The translations under genes and the position numbers were made by a program. A DNA stretch of 64,000 nucleotides from Tubiluchus corallicola (Eukaryota > Animalia > Priapulida): positions 1,505,729 through 1,569,728 of the forward strand of contig JAQGDQ010000010.1 of NCBI GenBank assembly GCA_030141605.1. Direction: 5' to 3'. This document shows, piece after piece, positions 38,801-50,606 of the stretch; positions within the stretch are counted from its first letter, which is position 1; each line of letters opens with the position of its first letter. The notes beneath the pieces are model-generated. The model saw only the letters and a program-made list of their open reading frames with translations. It ran no database searches and was not told where the DNA came from.

Positions 38801-41800
38801 TAAACACTTTAATAAGGAGTAGCAAATGCTTCCTGTGGCACAACAGCATGATCATGTATACCAGATAGCTGATTCTAAACATTTAGGGGTGACTGGTAGT
38901 GTCACCATCCATTGTTTGTACAGCTAGATAATGATCACTAAATTAACAATTTTTAGTGCTGCACTGAGGATAACAGCTAACAAAAATCATCAGCAAAATG
39001 CTGTAAGCTTTCTGACAACTTTAAGTTTGACGGTGATTATCTAACACATAGATAATTTCCATCAGAAAAGTAAAATATGTTGTTCCACATTCCCAGTTCA
39101 TACCACGGACAACTGATCACAAAAATTGGACAACCACGAAGTATGCAAGGTTGTCTAGAAAACGAAAATCGGCGGAAAGAGAATATTTGTCAATATACTT
39201 GGAAACTGTTCAAAAACAATTTGTCAAGCTAACATCATTTTCCGATTAATGGAACAAATTCTAGCCTTTATGTGCTTCAAGGAAAAGAAATATCACTAGT
39301 ATTGCATACCAATGACAGGCTCATCCACATTAGCAAATTGCTCCATGATTCGAACCATCGATGCATCACCTTCTTCTTCATGAGATGAACGATCCCCAGG
39401 CACATTCGATGCAGCCATGGCAGATGCAACTACAAAAATGCAAAACCAGTAAAGTAAAAATTGAATTCCTCCAAAAGATGTGAAATGGACAAAAACAAAG
39501 AAACGCTATAGAAAAAAGAATAAATAAAAAGGCTTCAACGCAAGTTTTTTTACTGCCTACATCTGTCGTCACACAACATCACCTATCTGTTTAATAAATC
39601 AATTTATTTCATTTCAAAGTATACAGCACTGTCGTGGAATTTAGCAATTATAAGGCCCACTAAATACAAAAAGCAGCTCAATAAAAGTCGGTTCACCTTT
39701 CTAAAATCTAAAATACTAAAATCTGCGCTACAATGAAATACCACAAAACAACCTGTTTGAGCTATAATCGGTGATAGGTTAAAGCAAGATTAACCGTTAT
39801 GGCAGCTGGAAATTCAAACGTTTGTCTAACTGGAAAATAAATACTATTTACACCTAACACTGAATACTTGATTTGCTTCTGTACTGTTCTAGTGCACAAC
39901 ATTCAACAACACAAACTATTCAAACATTTGTTTATAAAGTGTCTTAGCTGTATCTATTACAGTTGCACTATTATTTATAGGAATTATGTTCACAACGTGC
40001 ACATAATCAATCAGTACAATTTTTGTACAGTGATTATGATGTTAGGTCAGCCAATAACAATTAAGCTCATATTTAAGTTTTTTAGTCAAAAAGACATGTG
40101 AGAAATGCCTTTTGCTAAACTTTGTTGCTGGATCATACCAAAAAATGGTATCAGCGGTACCACACTAAAGAAGCGAACCTTCTTGGACAAACTTTGTGGA
40201 GATATATCATTACTGTGCTGCTCCTTGTTCAGTATTTGATGTACTAGTTCTATGAGTGGTTGGGTTTAAAGCTAATGTACAACAGTATGGTAAACAGTTT
40301 ACCGCACATTAAGACTGTTTGCCATCCTGTGGTACCAAGATTCACTCACACTTGAGAAGTCACATCATTCATGGCAACTTTGAGATTATCATACAAACAC
40401 AAAAAATGAATTTCGTTTGTAGTTCCAAAGAAATTTTAATGTCTGTCAGTATGCAAAAACTCACACAATAGTGGCTTGTTTCTAAACAGCCACTGTATCA
40501 ATCAACACTATGTTAGGGAATATAGGAAATACAGTGTCAGGATCAGCACAGGACGTGATCAGGGCTTAGGTCGAGATCAGTTGTTTGGGACCAAAGTGCT
40601 GGACGCCGATTTGTGTTTGAGGTCAGGACTTATCGGGTTCAGGATGAACCCATATAAAATTATAATTATCAATAGACAATATTAGAAAAAACAAAATTAT
40701 TTGATTCTCTCTCTCTCAAACTTCCACCGGCTTATTTCTAACCTATTTGCAATTCAATAATTACAACATGATATTTGCCCAGCCGCTGTAAGTTTAAATG
40801 GTTTCATCTACAGTAGGCTGCAGCGATTGGCACATGAGGTGAGGGGGCAGACTGTCCCCCCCCGAAATTTTCGGGTTTCAAAAAATTTGGGCAAGATTGA
40901 CGCCCAAATTCGGGCAGAACTGCCCTTTATATTTTCAGAAAATAGTTTTTTCAACTTCGAAATTGATCTTTTTTTCAGATATAAATCGGCATCGCCTTAT
41001 TTTTTCCTGGAATTCAAATATGGCCCGAATCTTGAGAGAGTAATATTTATGCCATGCACCTGGATGCCCGAATCTTAATCTCACAGGAGGCGTCGTCCGC
41101 GCCGACTCCCGGTCCCGGACCGGCAGTGAGAGTGGTCTGAAAAGGATTAGCATTCGCAATATTGAAAATATACTAGTCGCTGGGTTCTCTGCAGGTCTCC
41201 GATTGTTTATAAAACTCTTATCCGTTCTTGTCTTCGGTGTGCATGCATTGACTGTTCGCCAGCGATTATCAGATACAAATTCCCCATTATTTCATATTAT
41301 TTACAAAATCCTGACTTTGTGCTTTCCGATTTCTGATCCTTTATCTATTTAGGATCTTGACTCACTGCCTGTATTGTGTGCGCTCTTTGATTTTCCTTTG
41401 CTTAGTGCTGAAGGAGAACTGAAACGTTGAAGGAGTCGCAGTTATTTCAGAAACATCATAGATCTTTGCTGAAAGGGACACAAAAATCAAAATGTAGCCT
41501 TTTCTCGCTTATCGTTGATATTGTCAGTTCGCAGTTTTGCTTCATCAAGTCAGTTTGTCAAATTGCTTGGTTCAACACTTCTGTTTTTGACCTCAATGCG
41601 CAGATAGGGATATCTTGTCGAAGGATTCTTTCTTCTCGAATAGTTTTAAATTCATTGATTTTTGGTTTTTCGGAAGTGCTGTATTTGTCATAGCGCCCAA
41701 TTCTAAACGTAAAAGATCATATTTTTCTGAGCTAAGTTGACCGACGTGAGAAAGTGGCAAGTGTCTGTGCATAGCTGCATTCTTAATTCTTGCATCTTGC

Positions 41801-44800
41801 GTGGTGATTGCTGATTCGACATATTATGTAACCGATTCATATATCAGTCATGAAATATGGATAATTCCTCTTTACTGGTCCATTGCTCTGTCATCTCGGT
41901 CGTTCATTATTCACTGGAAGCAAACTGTTCTGTTCTGGAAGTTACCACCGCACTTCTGGATCTTAGGACACTGTTTATATCATAATCAATGACAATTTTT
42001 GAAACCTAATGATCCAGGTGCTTATGCCTAATCAAACAAGCACAGCTTATCAAGATATCTGGCCATATAGGTCATATCATGTGTTGTGCATTCTTATGTC
42101 ATCAGAAATGACACCTTTTTGTATTCGCTATCTGGAACTTAGTAAGGTTGTACTTGTTGAAACGGGGGCCCTAAAAATCGGGTGAAATTCTAAGAATTCG
42201 GGCAAAGGATCCTCTGCCCCCCCCCCCCCAAAAAAAAAATTCAGGGACCCCATACGCCTATGGCTGCAGTTAACCCTATTTCACTTTGCTAAGTAAAGGT
42301 AATGCATTAATGGTAATCTCTGTTTTACGAAGTTAAAATAATTATTGTTAGAAAGAACTATGCATGTACGTACAGAATTATTATTGATTAAGAAGCATTA
42401 GTTGCTTGGGCAGTTTAAGATAGGAAAGGAAAAGTTTAAAACGTTTACAAATTAAAACAAGTTTCTTACTGTCGCTTTGTAAACAGTTCACTAAGCTATT
42501 GTCAGAAGCATGTTTTACAAAATAATGTTGTCTATTTTGATGTACTATGTAGAAAAGCTCTACATGGTTTTAGATGTAGATTTATAAACAACAACCGTAT
42601 TATTAGTCAAGCTGCATGTAAAGAAGCAAAATTGAGTTTACCTACTCAACACAACGTTGAATTATTGCTGTTCACTAGCTACGCTAGATACACTAGATAA
42701 ACAACTACTTGCATATGCACATATGCTTTTGTAAATTTTATATGATATTTTCTGCACCTTTTAATTAGTTTTTAGCACTTTTCTTAATTTTACAATTTCA
42801 TATCACTTAATTATTTTAGTTTAACTTGTGCATGTCTTTTTGTATAGCTTTTTTATGGACTTGGGGTCTGGCTTAAGGAATAAAATAAATAAATGCTGAT
42901 ACAAAAAAAGTTTTCATTAGTCAGTTTCATAGCTTGATATCTTTTCCATATTATTTTCGAACATTCTTGGCAAATTACTAGAACCACCATGGTGCAGCAA
43001 AAATTAGTCCACATCCAGATGGTTGAAAGCACTAGTCTTTTCTGTGTTTGCCACGATATATATATATATATTTACTATATTACATGTTAATCAACACTGA
43101 AAATATGCTGCTTCCTATAACAATTAAATTAGAATATTTCAAGCAATATTCAGGTACTAGTCTTTTTCGTCAGAAATTGTCAGTAAAACTTACAATTCAT
43201 CATTGCACAATAAAATGTACGAAAACACAAAGTCTCTTAAAATCACCAAACTGACAAAACACCACTGTAGCCAAATAATATTACAACTCAGTAATAATTA
43301 TAAAAAATGTTAGTGGAAAGGAATGCAATTTTCTAGAGTGGAAGAATGTCACCCGTGTTTTATTATTTCATAATAACAGTGGTACAGTACCATAATAACA
43401 TAATTAATTCACCAATACAGTACTGTAATAATAAACAATTTTCTGCATATCAGTTATTCCCATCATCACCTGTCCTGCCTAGAGTATTTGCAGTTGTTTT
43501 ACATAAGTAGAACAGACAGAACATCTTCACCATTTTGATTCACTTTTAGTAAATACAAAAGTGTATGGCAATAAACTTTACAGATTTGACAAGTCGTACG
43601 CTATTGTAATTAATATGGCAATTGCAAAAATTATAAATGCTCCACTGGGTGATACAAATAAAAAATGGTACCTGTTTTATAAGATTACAGTGATTTAAAA
43701 AACTCATTAGGGGTATCATTCTAATCCTTACTATTTAGCAGCTGTTGATTAACATCACGAGGATGAACGGATGTGCTAAATTGATCTCGAGGCAGTGCTA
43801 AACTAATCACAATTTCCCTTTCAACCTACTAACAATATTTCAAGCAATATTCAGGAACTAGTACTAAAGTTACTAAAGTTTTCAGGACACCTTCCTAATG
43901 TACAATAAAGAGTAACATTGGTGAATAGCAAAAGTAATGAATAGTCAGTTGATTTTTGAATTTCCGTCTCATTCTACTGGCTATGCTGATTTTACGAAGC
44001 TATTATTAATAGAAAAAAATTCTCGATAATTTACGAATTTTTGAGCCTGCTTGCTAATATACTTCAATATGGCAAATACTGACAGCATGTTAATACTATT
44101 TAACAACCTTAGCACGCAGTATAATCAACCATATGGTTAACAGTTCACAAGTAAACAGAGAAAGCCAACTTTTAGCATAGCTGATCAAACAAATGATATC
44201 ACTTCAATAAAAGGGTAACAGGATCAGAAGAAAATTCATACATTGAACAACGGGACCCATTACATGAAAATCGGCACAGTACGATTCCATATCAGCAGAC
44301 ATACAGAGCAAATATGTGTTTTAGCACTCCTCCTGGGCAGCTTAGAAAATCAATGGAAAGAACGAAACAGTACTTGTACAGATAAAAAAGCATCTCTGGA
44401 CAGAAAAATATGATGCACTTAAGATCACTGAAAAAGGCGTACAGTGACATGACATGTTGAAGGGAGAGATAAAACGTGCAAAATCAGGCAAAGCCAACTC
44501 CTGAACAAGTTCAAAAGGAAGTATCTACGAAAGCTCACTTAGTGTGTTGCTACTGATCTAAGACTAGTAAAAGGTTTCAACCTTTATGTCAACGATAAAA
44601 GTTGGTGACTAAATTGGGTTATACAAAGATGAATGGCAATTAAGGATCACAGCAGAAGCAACAGTATTTTTATGCAAGACCCAACAGTTAACTTATACAT
44701 GTAAACAAATAATGAAAATGAGGCAACGTTGAAATGGTGCAGAAAGCCAGCCTTTCAATTTTCCACGCAGTTTTCTGGCTATGTTTTAAACAAATAATAA

Positions 44801-46380
44801 CCAAGCTAGCTTAGTATGATTGTATGAAGGTGAACCTAAAACCATTTCGTTTCTAGGACTGTAAACCAAATTTTACAACCTAATACGGATGTTTTCAGTA
44901 GCACTAATTGTTTATTTCTTACATGTGCAGGAAGAAGCACTTTATAATCACCCGCATTTTTTACATAAACGAATATTTGTTGGAACAATGAAATAAAATA
45001 TGAAATGAATGCTTCTACAGTTGTAGTTTTATGACTTACAAACTGTATTTAGTTAGTTCATACTGTATTGTGTGTGGCAAAGTAACAATCACTGTCATAC
45101 TCTAGTACAGCATTTAAACCATTATAAAGGTATCAAATACAAAATACTGATCTTGAATCAAATTCAAATGCTTATAAAATTTGATTAAAATACTGTAATA
45201 CAGCACACACAAATGTGAGTGTTAAAAATAGCATAAATATTTATTCTTATTTATCACTACCAAAAGAGCGAATAAATAATGAAGTCCACCAGGATTGCAG
45301 CACGAGTTTAGTGAAGCCAAACTCTTGCCGACCTGGTGATATTGGAGAAACTCACCACCTCTCTGCTTCGTGATAACATTCTGAAACACAAACGAAAAGG
45401 TTCTAGTAATAACTGACGAATGAAAATTTTTGATTTACAGTAATATAATTTATTATTTATACAACAAGTAAAAAATATGGTATAACAAAAAGAAAAAGAG
45501 AAACACAAATGGTGCCCGATCATTTTTATACCTCTAATATTAACTGAACCACAACTAGCAAAGCATAATAGGTCGCACCACCTTACCGCACTCACCTTGT
45601 TTATATTTCTGAGTTTTGGCCTTTCATGCAAATCCAATCCTGTATATTTTTTTTAAAATGCACTTCAAGTACAACTAATTGCTTGAGAACTAATTTGCCC
45701 CAATGGGATAGAAAGACTGTTGTTGGAAGATACCATTGGCAAAAAGTGCACAAGAGGGAGACAACGAAGAAAATAATCAACAGGTGCGACAGCTGGATAG
45801 AAACATATGCCGAATATGTGGGGATGCCAGACTGGAAATGTGATTACAAAATAAAAACAGTCTTCCTCCTATGAAGATGACACTTAATGATGAAAGCACA
45901 AGAAACACAATCCCATTATCCCATCGGTGCAAAAAACAGGCTCTAGTCTGTGCTAGAGATTAAAGTGAGTAGCAGAAATCCTAATTTCCATATTTTGCAC
46001 CTCTGAGTGATTTATCCAACATTGTTACTCCCTCCACTAATACAAAAAATTCACGTTAGTTAAAACTTCTTAGACAATAAAAGCTAAAATGTCTACTATC
46101 TGCTGAACTGACCTTTTGACCCAGGTTCCCTAATTACTATATTACGTATTCTTATGGATGTCCAACCCATAAGTTTTAGCAGCCCAGCTAAAGCACCGAA
46201 GTTCCTCAACAGCAGGAATAAATAAACAGTTTGTGTTTCAAGAAGATTCTTGCATAATTTTAATATTGACGATAATGACATGTGATGAATGTGATGAGAG
46301 TGATGCCACAAAATGAGACGATGATAATTTTAATAATAATAATAATAATAACAATACTAATAATGACTATTATGATGATG

Positions 46381-46414
<34 letters not shown>

Positions 46415-49400
46415 TAACAATAATAAAAAAATGACAATAACAACAATAATAACTAACATTATTACAAAAAAAACAAAAAGCCTCATCTAGAACTTTAGAA
46501 CTACTGTGGAATAGATTATTTCTAAGTGTATTGCATTGTATTATATTTTTGCATATTGACACCTGTTTTCTATTTCACTGTGTTTCACTTTCACACATTT
46601 GATTAAAAAACATTTGCCATACATTTAGTATGCAGCTACAGGAAGGAGTCCTTAAAACAAAGCCATAAGCTGTTTTTGCTTTGCATGCGGAGCTGCTGGT
46701 GTCAATTGGTTTCTGATCACCAAAAATATTCATAGTGATGATCAGGATGCGGTTTTAACTGTCAGAGAGGATCAAATATCATATTTTAACTTTAAAAATC
46801 AGAATCAGTTGCAATTTGTTAAAATGAAAAACAAGTTTTTGCTCTTCGTAAAATATAAAAGTTGTGAAGCAGAATGAAATTATGATGTTAACTGCTACTA
46901 TCTGAAAACTTCATTTCTCAGATATTATTACAGAATTCAATAGTGACAAAAGTGACTTGCTGTCTTCCATCAATTGCAAATATACATTTACAGGTTATAA
47001 CATTGTTTTCAGTCAGAAGATAAGTTAATGTTACCTAGAATTATAGAATGGCAATTTACCTCTTCTTTTTGTTAATATAGTACTGTTGCACAGTTAAGGT
47101 AATGACTTTTAAATTCAGCTCACTCATCTACCGTATATGCTCGCCGTATAAGCCAAATTTAGAACTATAAAATACAATACTGAAATCAGGGGGTCGACTT
47201 ATATGTGCATGAAACAAAATGAACACAATGACAGACACTAATGCCAATTTTCCAGCCACACATTTTCATCGCTATCTGACTCTTTATTTGGTTGTGTGTC
47301 ACCAGTGGTGTATTGGAGGGGGATCGCCATCCACCCACTTTTTTTTTTTAGAAAAAATTCACATTTCAATAAATGTCTGCTTTTTGTATTCATTAGATAA
47401 AAATATTAAAAATGTATACGGGTTTAATATTACCAGGTAAATCTACTTGTTTTCATTTTTTCAAAAAACGGTTTTAAATAATGTCAATTTCTTTCAAATT
47501 TGTGAATGTAAAATGGTAAGTCTTGAGACTAGCCGTCCACCTACTTTTTATTTAGCAATACACCACTGTGTGTCACCAGTTGCGAGCCGTAACCAAGCTA
47601 GAGCTAGTGGTGAAGCCGACGTCATCGGTACACGGTTTAATTTCTTAGAAATAACACGCTCAAACAAAGGGGGCCGAAGAGGGAAATCAGAGACAGCCAA
47701 TTGGTAGGCAGTGCATGGGGAGACAATTTCTTCTATTTCTTCTAGTATGTAACATAAAAGTAAGCATTTTACATTTTTATAGTAAAAAATTTCTATGAAC
47801 CAAAAATACCCAATTAACAAAATGTGACAAAAAGGGATCAATTTTGTTGATTAGGTATGGAGTAAAATTAGACAAGTTGATGGTCGGCTTATATACGGGT
47901 TTTTGCAAAAACTGGCCATTTTAAAGCAGTTTTAGGGGGTCGGCTTATATGCGATGTAGACATATATGCGAGTATATACGGTACTTAAAAATGTTGCACA
48001 TCTTTCGACAAACAAACAATTCATAAAAGCAAAACCAATAACCATTCCTATACGTAAAACACATGATTAAGAAAACATGGAAGCTACAGGTGTATCACCA
48101 AGCAATTGCTAAAACATCAGCACTGTATGCTATGCTTTCAAACTAAAAATGGATGTTTCAACTGATCACATTTTTGTACAAAAATTATGATGAAATAAAG
48201 AAGATGAAATTAGTGGAAAAAATGATTTGGCAAATGAAATAATTTCTTGCACTACTAAAAATGAAATTTACAGTTATTTTGATGTTCTTCGTGTTTTGGG
48301 ATTAACAAAAAATAAAAAACTTAAACCCAAAATGTATGGATTTCCTTTAAATAATGGTGAATCTCAAACCATTCTTTTAAGAATAATGGCAAACATACTC
48401 ACACAAGCAATATTTTAGGGTAAAAAGTAACATGTTACCATTTCTTGTTGTGATACACAAGAGCAACAAGTTATGGTCACTTGTTACTATCAAATAGAAA
48501 AGCAAAATTTTTTACATTTAAAATATGTTTAGATTGTAAAATTTATTGATATTCGTCTTCCACGAATAAACTTTATTCTGTTTTGATATTAATATGTAAT
48601 TTATTCTAGTGTTTACATGGCGCTTACTGAATGAAACAATTCAATTTACACTCTTTAGTCTGTAGCTACGAAACACCAACGGAAAACATCTCCTGAATCC
48701 CATTTAAGATCAGAACACAAGTCAATTCCAAGTAAGTGAAATTGAGACCAATCAGGAGAAGAAATATTAATATTTATAGTGCATAATATAACATTACGAT
48801 GACAAGAAAATGATACAATTTCGTCTTCTTGACATTGAAGATGATGAGCCAATCCTGGGTCTAGTTAAAAACCAACTGAAGACCGTTTTCAAGCAAGTAA
48901 AGGATTCTAATCAGGAATTAACCAGTAGGACACTGCCATATGTATGCATAGTAGTATCACCAGTATGGATAGCAAGCTTAAGGAATATAGTACCATAGAC
49001 AGTTGAAGAACAGCAGAAACAAAGTAGGGACTATTACACATTCCTGAGGAACTTCAGCATTGATTTCATACACAGAAGAAAACTTTCTTCATAAGCAATA
49101 TAAAGTTGGCAATTACATTATACAATGTATATCTATTTATAACAGGTAATGTACTGGCATCCATATGGCTGAAATTTGTAAAATATATCAGTAAAACTCA
49201 AGCTTTTGAAACATTAATGTTATTAGTTTCACCCCACCCAAAGTGGTCTTAGTGTGAGTGTTTATTACCAAGAGAAAAGTCTAATTGTGCAACCTGTTGT
49301 GGATCGTTCAATTCATCAAAAAATGAGAATCAAGTTGCTTCGCCATTTAACTGCCATTATCGTGAAACTTGAGTAGTGACTCACCACTCTAGTTTAACAA

Positions 49401-50606
49401 TGCAGTTATCCATTATGCATTACACAAGAATTATGCATGTTTTAAATGATTTTTACTTAATACAGTATTCAACAGAATCATGTGCAGGCAATAATGACTA
49501 ATTAGCCTTTGATAGTAGTATGATAGTATAGTATGCTTATTATATGTACATTTTTTATTAGGTGACATTTTATTAGCTAACATTTGAATTAGATTTTTTG
49601 CTACTTTTGACAATAACTGTATATTTCTAACTACTATAATAGGACAAAATGCTAAATTTAACTTACAGTAACACCTAGTGGTACATGTACAGTACATGCA
49701 TTTCTACATTACAATTAATGTTATAATCTAGCTTAATACGAGGCATTTCTTAATACTTTCATGATAAGTTACTACAGCCAAACTGACTTGCTAAATTTAC
49801 TTTTTTCTTTGTCATAAGAATAACAAATCAATCAAAACCAACAAAGTAATATCTAATGTTTTTATCAGCTTTAAACTAGCAGTTTAAAACTCTGTTTGTG
49901 ACAACATTGAAAGCTCCACTGAAGATCAATGTTACAGATACAAACCTTTTTGTGAAATTTTCCTTGAACGTGCAGCTCAAAGTTTCGTGCTCCCGTACAT
50001 TTGACGTCACAAACCTGAAATGTAAACTCAATTTGTGATGACTGGACAGAGCCTGTCTGGAAACTACTATAAAACAGTATAATTATAACCTTTATCACAA
50101 TGACAAGTGAACCTGAATAAAGTTTACCATGTTTTACCTTGTTTGGAAATGCAACGTGTTGAAATTGAGAATAATTGGTTTTGAAATATCTGGTAATCCC
50201 TTTGCAAAAAGCAAAAAATAATTGTACAAAGCAAACTGCAAAAACAATCACTCAAAAAATGAAATTTTAACTATTCTCAAAGTTAAACAAATCATTAGTG
50301 AAACTCATCTTCTATCAGACGACATAGAAAAAATGTGCCAAAGTTCAAACTACAAAAATAGCAGAAGCCAGTGCCCTAAAAGTTGAAATCTGAGAGACTG
50401 TGTTTCATACAGAGTGTTTAATACAAGTGCTCAAAATGTGCCAAACTATTTAAAAAACATATAACCATTCATAAGCAAGTCTTAAACCATCTTACCTCAC
50501 ACACCAAATAGGTCTGGTTGTTAGGCAATTTCTTCCCAAATGTAAACGGCAAACTTTTATCATCTTCAAGGTCATCAGCATGTACAATTAATGGCAAATT
50601 TGGCAT
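32801..50606 (-). CDS. U1/matrin-type C2H2 zinc-finger, probable RNA-binding protein (CG7065/ZFR-finger-like), ~450 aa, ~11 exons
   Basis: Phase-consistent GT-AG exons: 50606(start uncertain)-50496, 50014-49946, 45380-45356, 39429-39310, 38608-38469, 37248-36993, 36323-36158, 35852-35772, 35200-34939, 34514-34401, 32818-32801. Finger 1 CEVCDVKCTGARNFELHVQGKFH; EPVIGLDYVVEY plus finger 2 CEACDAKCDPRTILTHVTGLKH; RD/RP/Y-rich and RSRSRSP low-complexity region; C-terminal helix IVNNETEAAMALEVSNALTQALLQYR. Family name is from memory and needs HMM confirmation. Confidence 0.82.
33567..34224. mobile_element. Tigger/pogo-like MITE in the last intron of the ZnF gene
   Basis: TA|CAATCAAACCT ... AGGTTTGATGG|TA (10/11 TIR); subterminal GGCGTTATA/GGCGGTA-like repeats. 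Confidence 0.72.
34401..34514 (-). CDS. ZnF gene exon (C-terminal helical motif)
   Basis: ttttctag|SNCIVNNETEAAMALEVSNALTQALLQYRLDGATADHP|gtatga. Confidence 0.85.
34939..35200 (-). CDS. ZnF gene exon (RS-containing)
   Basis: ttttacag|(R)LDPISDRYGG...PERSRSRSPLG...VVDLLTNL|gtatg. Confidence 0.85.
35772..35852 (-). CDS. ZnF gene symmetric 81-nt exon
   Basis: tttttttag|..YGIQEDTWPYSRYERGTESLPRLLPR|gtatt; phase 2-2, so it can be skipped in frame. Confidence 0.65.
36158..36323 (-). CDS. ZnF gene exon (Arg/Pro/Tyr/Asp-rich)
   Basis: gtatag|(G)PASTFGEVRDYGH...RDPYYDRPVPYDPYGQRRPHRDYPPND|gtaac. Confidence 0.82.
36993..37248 (-). CDS. ZnF gene exon
   Basis: attgcag|KTLRPDLY...AEAFARIMEQEDGQGVVRV...RKAIE|gtagg; alternative in-phase donor after 36981. 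Confidence 0.85.
38469..38608 (-). CDS. ZnF gene exon, zinc finger 2
   Basis: ctgtag|(G)LDYVVEYQQKNPDVEARYNCEACDAKCDPRTILTHVTGLKHRMHTL|gtaagt. Confidence 0.9.
39310..39429 (-). CDS. ZnF gene exon
   Basis: tttttgtag|..ASAMAASNVPGDRSSHEEEGDASMVRIMEQFANVDEPVI(G)|gtatg. Confidence 0.85.
40825..42262. mobile_element. hAT-like non-autonomous element, ~1.4 kb
   Basis: Right TIR CATACGCCTATG with a degenerate left copy (8/12); flanking GCTGCAGC/GCTGCAGT (7/8 TSD); subterminal TTCGGGCA motifs and C-runs. Confidence 0.65.
45356..45380 (-). CDS. ZnF gene 25-nt micro-exon
   Basis: gtgtttcag|AATGTTATCACGAAGCAGAGAGGTG|gtgagt (NVITKQRG). Supplies the phase 0 to 1 change needed between the flanking exons. 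Confidence 0.75.
46321..46455. repeat. (AAT)n microsatellite
   Basis: Directly visible. Confidence 0.9.
47131..47981. mobile_element. Tc1/mariner(pogo)-like non-autonomous element
   Basis: TA|CCGTATATGCTCGC ... GCGAGTATATACGG|TA (13/14 TIR); subterminal GTCG(A/G)CTTATA repeats. Confidence 0.85.
47303..47568. mobile_element. hAT-type MITE nested in the pogo-like element
   Basis: Perfect 13-bp TIR CAGTGGTGTATTG/CAATACACCACTG and perfect 8-bp TSD TGTGTCAC (47295-47302 and 47569-47576). Confidence 0.92.
48660..49090 (-). mobile_element. Ancient LINE reverse-transcriptase remnant
   Basis: Minus-strand peptides INAEVPQECVIVPTLFLLFFNCL (cf. GVPQGSVLGPTLF), IHTGDTT (cf. YADDT), WLIIFNVKKTK, LLGIDLCSDLKW. 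Confidence 0.7.
49946..50014 (-). CDS. ZnF gene exon completing zinc finger 1
   Basis: tttcag|VCDVKCTGARNFELHVQGKFHKK|gtttg, 69 nt, phase 0-0. Confidence 0.88.
50496..50606 (-). CDS. ZnF gene first coding exon (start codon uncertain)
   Basis: MPNLPLIVHADDLEDDKSLPFTFGKKLPNNQTYLVCE|gtaag; the frame stays open upstream to the TAA at 50681-50679. Confidence 0.7.

Noticed and set aside
50002-50009. Perfect CRE palindrome TGACGTCA
   Set aside because: Lies within the codons for C-D-V-K of zinc finger 1; one 8-mer in 64 kb is expected by chance.
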